This document shows positions 19,179-27,100 of a stretch of 64,000 nucleotides of DNA, one piece after another. Both the position numbers and the translations under genes were made by a program. The stretch covers positions 1,024,001 through 1,088,000 of the forward strand of contig CBDBLV010000005.1 of assembly GCA_965207225.1 (NCBI GenBank), in the 5' to 3' direction. The notes below the pieces were generated by a model. It was not told where the DNA came from. It saw only the letters and a program-made list of their open reading frames with translations, and ran no database searches. Origin of the DNA: Dehalococcoidia bacterium. Its GTDB lineage: Bacteria; Chloroflexota; Dehalococcoidia; Plut-88900. Each line of letters opens with the position of its first letter. The first letter of the stretch is position 1.

Positions 19179-20048
19179 ATGGTAGGCCATGATGAGCCCG
19201 GCATGGACGGGTCGAAGGGTGCTGGCGACGGCATGAGCATCCCTCTATCGGATGCCCCCCTATCGGACGAGCCTCTACTGGACCTGCTGGACGCTCTGGT
19301 GAATGACCGGGGCAAGGTGGCTGCGGCCGAGGCCCTGGGGGTGAACTACCGCACTATGGTGACCTGCTATGAGTCTCGTCACGTGTCACGGCGGATGCGA
19401 AGGGCGTTGGCGGAGTTCAGGGACAAGCACGTTGACGGCGGGGATGAGCAGGACGATGAGGCCGGGGACATTGTAGCGAGGGTAACGGCACTGGAAGAAC
19501 GGGTGGCGGCGATGGAGGAAGCGCATGGAGCACTGGTGGAGACCGTCGAGGCCCAGGCGAAGCAGCTGACGGAGTTGCAACGCAATGTTGGAGGATCGGA
19601 GGACGGGGCGGAGGAAGAGAAACGGGAGCCGAGCAAGCCTGATCCGGTCGGTGATGGCGATGGTCGGCGCAGGGAGTGGTGGCCTCCCAGACGGGAGCAC
19701 GGACTACCCGACGCCGGTGTGGTCACGTCGGAGGAACAGCCGGACGAAGGGCACGCCTTCGGCCCGGCTGCCCAGTTGGTGAAGGAGTGGAGGGAGCTTC
19801 GAACCGGGGGTGAAGTTTCAGGAGGTCGGGTTGACCGGGCGAAGGCTGCGGTGCGCCGGTGGGAGTTGGAGATAGCCATGCTCGGCGACTACGGCCTGAC
19901 GCTGCCGCCGGAGACCGAACCCCTGGACGCTTCGCGCAGGGAAGATCACCTGAGGTGGCGGAAAAAGGCGCTGGCAGCGGCCTTGGCGAGAGCAAGGCGG
20001 CTGCGCTGGCTGAGGCGAGCACTCACCCTGGGTCTGCGATGGGGGTAG
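19179..20048 (+). CDS. HTH + coiled-coil hypothetical protein
   Basis: AAAEALGVNYRTM HTH then heptad region; N-terminus similar to 40756-41181; SD AGGAG. Confidence 0.7.
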   Translation: MVGHDEPGMDGSKGAGDGMSIPLSDAPLSDEPLLDLLDALVNDRGKVAAAEALGVNYRTMVTCYESRHVSRRMRRALAEFRDKHVDGGDEQDDEAGDIVARVTALEERVAAMEEAHGALVETVEAQAKQLTELQRNVGGSEDGAEEEKREPSKPDPVGDGDGRRREWWPPRREHGLPDAGVVTSEEQPDEGHAFGPAAQLVKEWRELRTGGEVSGGRVDRAKAAVRRWELEIAMLGDYGLTLPPETEPLDASRREDHLRWRKKALAAALARARRLRWLRRALTLGLRWG

Positions 20049-20259
20049 CCGACTGAAGTAGCTCAAGGCGCCCTTCGCCGTCGGCCAGCGGATCGGACAG
20101 TCCGCGGACAGTCCGCGGTGGACTCGGCTCTTTCCAAGCGATGGACGGAGGTGGTAGAATGCAACTCGTAGAAGAACGCTCTGTTGGAGGAGCCTCGGAG
20201 TGGATGCGCCGGTGTCGGTTGGAGATGGCGCAGGCTCCGGGCCGATTGTCGGGTGAGAT

Positions 20260-20976
20260 ATGACGACGCCAGACACATTCACCAAAACCGCAGAAGTGCA
20301 AGGCGGCTTCCGGCTGCCCGACCCGCCGCAGCGGGAACCGGATGAGATGACGCAGTACGACCAGCTCTTCAAGTACGGCTACTCCCACGCCCTGGCAGTG
20401 CATCTGGGCAACCCGGAGACCACCCTGGTGGAGGCGGACCGCTGGATAGTCGCCAGGCCGGAGTACAACAAGGCCCGCGCCCGGCGCCCCGACCTCTTGG
20501 TGGCCTTTGGTGTTGATCCCGAGGTGTATCGCCGGAGCAACGGGTACATCGTCTCGGAGCAGGGGAAGGCGCCGGACTTCGTGCTTGAGGTGGCGTCGGA
20601 GAGCACCGGAGCAATGGACGTGGGGGCCAAACGGGTGGACTATGCCCGTTTGGGCATACCCGAGTACTGGCGCTTCGACGAGACGGGAGAGTATCACGGG
20701 GCGAGGTTGGCCGGTGACCGGCTGGTGGATGGCCGGTACGAACCCATACCGATAGAGACCGTGTCCGATGGAGTCCTCCAAGGATACAGTGCCGTGTTGG
20801 GCCTGAATCTGCGATGGTCGGATGGTGAGCTGCTGTTCTACGATCCTACCACGGGACGTCCCATCGCCAGCCTGGAAGACGAGCGGCAGGCGCGAGCGGC
20901 CGCCGAGTCCCGCGCCGAGGCCGCCGAAGCCCGTATACGGGAGTTGGAGGAGCGGCTTCGCGGCCAGGGAGGGTAA
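20260..20976 (+). CDS. Uma2/DUF820 family endonuclease
   Basis: PDLLV...PDFVLEVAS..T...D...K...YARLGIPEYW motif plus C-terminal coiled coil. Confidence 0.9.
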   Translation: MTTPDTFTKTAEVQGGFRLPDPPQREPDEMTQYDQLFKYGYSHALAVHLGNPETTLVEADRWIVARPEYNKARARRPDLLVAFGVDPEVYRRSNGYIVSEQGKAPDFVLEVASESTGAMDVGAKRVDYARLGIPEYWRFDETGEYHGARLAGDRLVDGRYEPIPIETVSDGVLQGYSAVLGLNLRWSDGELLFYDPTTGRPIASLEDERQARAAAESRAEAAEARIRELEERLRGQGG

Positions 20977-21140
20977 ACCTCCGGCTGGCCTGACGATTGA
21001 GAAAATACAGTAAAACCAGGGGGGCACAGAGATGACTAAGGACAGGGAGAATATATCACCGTTGAGAGGTGCGACCTCACCAGGTCGCATCGTAAACGCC
21101 TTCTACCCCCCCCCCCCGCATTTCGTGGGGGTTCTCCCTC

Positions 21141-24100
21141 ATGAGGCGCCCTGGGATTGCGCTTCTCGCCCTCGCGCTGCTGGCGGTGGTGTTCGCGGCG
21201 ACGCCGGCGGAGCAGGCTAACGCGCAGACACCGCAGACCTTCGTCGCCAACACCGGCCAGTTAGACGGAGCCAGTGTATCTCTGGGCAATGATTACGCCC
21301 AGGCGTTCACGACCGGCAGCAGCAGCGCGGGCTACAGCCTGACCAGCGTCGGCGTGGAATTCGCCGCTATCGCCAGCGGCTTCAGCTCTTCGTCCCTCAC
21401 CGCCAGCATCCACGCCGACTCCGGCGGGTCTCCGGGCAACTCGCTGGGGACCCTGACCAACCCCGCCAGCTTTCCCGTCTCCAGTTCGGACCAGACGCTG
21501 ACCTTCACCAGCAGCGCGGGCATCGACCTTGCGGCGAAGACCACGTACTTCCTGGTGATCGATCTAAGCAGTGCCGAGTCTGCTTCGTTGATGCGCCTAA
21601 CGGGTTCGGACAGCGAGGACGGCGGAGGCCAGGCCGGCTGGAGCATCGGCGACGGTTTCTCGAGACGAGCGTGGAACACAACGGGCGCGTGGAGCACCTT
21701 CGCCTCGTCAATGAAACTCAGCCTCGGCGGCGTCAGCAAGCCTTTCCTGGTTTCGAACTTCGGGCAGGCGAACGGCGGCACCGGCAACTTCGTACAGCAC
21801 GACCACGCGCAGGCGTTCACGACGGGCGCCAACGCCGGCGGGTACACCCTGACGGGCGTCGACTTCTCGTTTCCGCAAATCAACGACGGCGCGCTGGCGG
21901 GGAAGCTGACTGCCGAGATCAGAAGCGACAGCAGCGGAGCGCCGGGCGCGGTGGTCGCCACCCTGACCAAGCCCGGCACGATCGCCGCGGGCACGAACAG
22001 CTTCACGCACTCGGGCGTGGCGCTCGCGGCGAACACCACGTACTGGGCGGTGCTGGACGTCACGCTGGTCCTGTTGCCCGGCGCCAACACCATCCAGAAC
22101 ACCGCGTCGGACGCCGAGGACGCCGGCGGCGCGGACGGCTGGACCATCGCCGACGACGGCCACTACCGGACCTGGAACACCTCGGGCGCCTGGACCTCGT
22201 TCAGCCAGTCCCGCAAGATGACCATCCACGGCACGGCCGTCGAGACGGTCGAGACGGAGACCTTCGTCGCCAACACCGGCCAGGCGGACGGAGGCACCTC
22301 ATTTCTGGGCAATGACTTCCACCAGGCGTTCACCAGCGGCTCCAACAGCTTCGGCTACACCCTGCACAGCGTCGACGTGGAGTTCTCCACCATCGACAGC
22401 GCCTTCAGCTCCTCGGCGCTGACCGCCAGCATCCACGCCGCCTCCGGCGGGTCTCCGGGCAGCTCGCTGGGGACCCTGACCAACCCCGCCAGCTTCCCCG
22501 CCTCCACCTCGGACCAGACGCTGACCTTCACCAGCAGCGCGGGCATCGACCTTGAGGGGAGCGCCACCTACTTCCTCGTGATCGACATGGACGCTGGCCA
22601 GAGTTCTTCGAGGGTACGCCTGACGGGTTCGGACGCCGAGGACGGCGGGGGCCTGGCCGGCTGGAGCATCGCCGACGGCGCTGGGACGAGAACGGCTTCC
22701 TCGACGGGCGCGTGGACCCCCAACGTATCGTCACTGAAGATCAGCCTCGACGGCGTCAGCAAGCCGCGGCCGTCGAGGGTGAGCATCCTTGGCGGCGGCG
22801 CCGTCACCGAGGGCGTCAGCGCCAGCTTCACGCTGACGGCGGTCCCGGCGCCCACGGCGGACCTGCCGGTGAGCGTGACGGTGGCCACGACCGGGGACTT
22901 CGGGTACGGGACCCTGCCCACCAGCGTCACCATCCCGGACTCGGGCACCGCGACGCTGGAGATCCCCACCACCGGCGACGACGTGGACGAAGCCCACGGC
23001 TCGGTCACGGTGACGCTGGTGGACGGGTCGGACTACGACCTGGCCACGTCGCTGGGGACGGCGACGGTCCGGGTGCGGGACGACGACCCGGCGCTGGTGA
23101 AGAACACCGGCCAGTCGAGCGGCCTGGTGCAGGGCCTGCACGTGGACCTGGCGCAGGGTTTCGACACCGGCGGCAACCCCTCGGGGTACACCCTGACCAG
23201 CGTGGACGTGGCCTTCAACCGGTCCACCGAGGACTTCGGCTCCAAGCTGACGGTCACCGTCCACAAAGGTGCCAACGGGGCTCCCGGCACGGTCGTGGGG
23301 ACCCTGGCCAATCCCGCCTTCGTGAACCGGCAGGCCGGCACGTACAGCTTCACGCACCCGGGCGTCGCGCTCGAGGCGGACACCCGCTACTGGGTCGTGC
23401 TGGACGCAGCCGGACTCACGGAAGGCAACAGCCAGGTGAAGTTCACGCAGAGCAACTCCGAGGACGAGGGCGCGGCGCCCGGCTGGAGCATCAACAACGA
23501 CGCTCGCATCCGCGCGCAGGGGGGCGGCAACTGGATCACCCTGGTCGGCGGCTCCACTCTGTCGATGGGAGTCAACGGCCGGCTGCTGCCCCACGCGGAC
23601 GGTTCCTACACCGTGCCCTTCGACTGGCCGCTGAAGCCGCTCGGTCTGGGCGCGGGCGAGACGTTCCGGCTGCTGTTCATGACCGAAGACCACCGCGACG
23701 CCACCGCCGCCGACATCGGCGTCTACGACGCCCACGTGCGGGAGGCGGCCCGCGACGGGCACGCCGCCGTCCGGCGCTACGCCGACCACTTCCGGGTGGT
23801 GGGCTCCACCGCCGCGGTGGACGCCCGGGACCACACCCGGACCAACCCCAACAACGCCGGGCACACGGACGCGGAGGTCTGGTGGCTGAACGGCGAGCGC
23901 GTCGCGGCGAACAACGCCGGCTTCTGGTCCGACACCTGGGAGAACTGGGCGATGGCGGACCGGCGCTTCGAGAGCGGCGAGAGGAGCACCTCGAACGACT
24001 GGCCGTGGACGGGCACCAGGACCGACGGTGCGAAGGAGGCGAACCCTCTGGGCGCCAGCAACGCCCGGCGGGGACGGTTCTCGACCACCGACGCGGACAC

Positions 24101-27100
24101 CGGCCCCATCAGCTACAACACCATCGCGAGCACCCAGGACCACGCGTTCTACGGCATCTCGCCCCTGTTCCGGGTGGAGCCCACGCCGGTGAACGCGCCG
24201 CCCGGTGAGCCGGCGGTGATGAGCAACCTGGGCCAGGCGGACGGCGCGGCGTTGACCGTGACGACTGCCAGTACCGTACGTGACCGCGCGCAGTCGTTCA
24301 CGACGGGCAAGAACGGCGGCCACTACCGCCTCAACAGCGTCGACGTCGAGTTTGCCGAGATCGGCGACTCCAACGCCGCCCGTGATCTGAGGGTACAGAT
24401 CTGGGCCGGCTCCGGCGGCTCGCCGGGCAGTACCGCCGCCGACGTCCTGGCCGACCTGGCGCGCCCCTCCATGCCGGTGGGCAGCGCCGATCGGACCTTC
24501 ACCTTCACCTACCAGGGCGACGACGGTTCGGGGCTGCGGCTGGAGCCGAACACCACCTACTGGGTGTACGTATACGACGCGTCCGTGCAGCCCAACAGCA
24601 CGTACACCCTTCGCGCCACCGCGTCGAACTCCGAGCGCCTGCGGGGCCTGCGCCTGCCCGAGGGCTGGAGCATCGGCGACGGCCACAGTTCCTGGTCGCT
24701 CTACCCCAACCCCGCCGTCTCCTGGAGCACCCACTCCGAGGCGCTCAAGATCGGCCTGAACCTGGGGGCCGCCGACGCCTTCGTGCAGTTCCGCACCTGC
24801 GCGGGCACGGTGTCGGGCAACACGTGCTCGACGGGCTGGGTGATCGCCAACTACAACAGGCACGACCCGCCGCCGACGATCACGCTGACCGAGGGCGGCC
24901 CGGCGGTGACCTACCAGTGGCAGGCGGTGGACCCCCACGAGCGCCGGCACTTCTACGTCGCCAGCCAGGTGGGTGAGCCGCTCAGCCACCACGGCGGCTA
25001 CATCGGGCCGGGCAAACCGGACCGGGACCGGCTGATGTGCCACACCGGGAGCCGCAGCCCCTACAACCTGGGCGACCCCATCGTCGAAGGGCTTGGCCGG
25101 GATGGGATTCATTTCGGCTACGGCAGCACCGCCGGCCCGCTGCTGGACCGGCACGACGGCTGCCCCTTCTCGTCGCAGTCCGTCTACGAGAGCGACGCCA
25201 ACAAGTGGCGTCCGGTGAGCCTCGCCGCGGGGCAGGACAGCGACGCCTTCGACCACGGGACGTTCCTGATCCACCGGCCCCACGCCGTCGGCCACAACTT
25301 CTATGAAAATGGCGTGCTGTACCAGGTGGGAGGCTTCGACTACCCCGAGGTGCAGGTGCCGCTCATCATCAGGGACGACGACGAGTGGGAGCAGACCCTG
25401 GAGTTCTCCATCGACGACGGGACCACCTGGACGTCCATCGAGGACGGCGGGCTCAATCTGGCCTTCCCGGCCTCGCTGAACACGGGGCGCAAGGCGCACT
25501 ACTTCTGGGTGCGGACGAAGAACGACCCGCCGGCGGACCAGGACAAGCGCTTCTCCATCAGCGCCGACTTCGCCGAGCCGCTGTTGCGGAGCGGCACGTC
25601 GGAGTACTTCCGGTCCCACCGGGTCTGGTTCACCAGCCCCGCCGCCTCGCACCTGCACACCTTCAGAACTGACTCTGCCGTCAGCGCCGGCTCGGTCACG
25701 GTCAGCCGCACGCCGGTCCAGGTCGACGTCCACGTCGGCGCCAACGTGGTCGGCAACGTGACCTTCCAGGTCGAGGGCTACAAGCTGTACGAGCGCAGCG
25801 ACAACCAGATCTCGACGGAGACGCCGCCGAAGACGGTGCGCACCGACAGCTTCAGCTTCCACCGCACGCTGGGCTCCTGCGTGGGCTGCCAGCGGCTGCT
25901 GGGCGACCTGCCGGACCCGGTGGTGGAGCGCGTGGGCGACCTGAGCTACGCCAACCTGTCCGACACGGGCATCGACCTGAGCTGGCCTCAGGTGGTCGGC
26001 GCCGAGGGCTACGAGGTGCGCTACTGGTCCACCACGTCGCCCTTCCCCGGCGTCCCGGCCGACGAGGCCTGGTTCGGGGCCGAGCCCAACGACCCGGCCT
26101 GGAACATCCGCCACCTGGAGCCGGACACCGAGTACCGGGCGGTGGTCTACTACGCCGACCACGGCGCGACGCAGCTGAGCACCGCCAGCCCGGTGATTCG
26201 CTTCACCACGCTTGCGGCGGGCTCGCCGGTGGAGGCGGAGCCCACGTCGGTCATCGTGGAGCGTGTGCCCGAGGTGTCGATCAGCGCCGCCGGCGGCACC
26301 ATCACCGAGGGCGAGGACGCGGTCTACACGGTCACCGTGAACCCCGCGCCCGACGCGCCGCTGGACGTCAGGGTGGGCGTGGCCGGCCCCGGCTCCGTGG
26401 TCGCCGCCCAGCACCTGGGCGAGCGCACGGTCAACGTGCCCACCGGCGGCAGCGTCTCGTTCACCATCCCCACCGTCGACGACACCGGTTGGGGCTCCAA
26501 CGGGATGCTCGGCGCGACGGTGCAGTTCGGCGAGGGCTACCGGCTGAACAGGTTCAGGAGCTACGCCTCGGTCTATATCGCCAACAACGACCTGCCGCCG
26601 CCGCCGCCGGTGCAGCTCAAGCGCGTCTCCGACACCACGGCGACCGTCGCCTGGAAGCCGCAGGGGGACGGCGCGTCCTACCTGGTCGTCTGGCACGAGA
26701 GCTTCACGGGCGTCCCGGTCCTGACGGAAGTCACGACCACCGCCACCGAGCACCAGCTCACCGGCCTCGACCCGCAGTCGCACTACGTGGTCTCCGTCCT
26801 TCACGGGACGACCCAGCTGGACAAGATCACCGTGCGGACCCTGGCCGCCGGCGCGACGCCGAAGACCTTCACGGTGGACTTCGAGACGCCCGCGCCCAAC
26901 ACGTCCGTGCCGCTGATCAGCGTGACCGCCGACGGCAACGTGACCGAGGGCGGGGACGCGACCTTCACGGTCAGCGCCAACCCGGCCCCGGCTGCGGACC
27001 TGGACGTGAGCGTCACGGTGTCGCAGAGCGACGACTCCGGGATATCCATGGAACATCGGACGGTGACCATCCCGTCGGCGGGCTACGCCGCGCTGACGGT

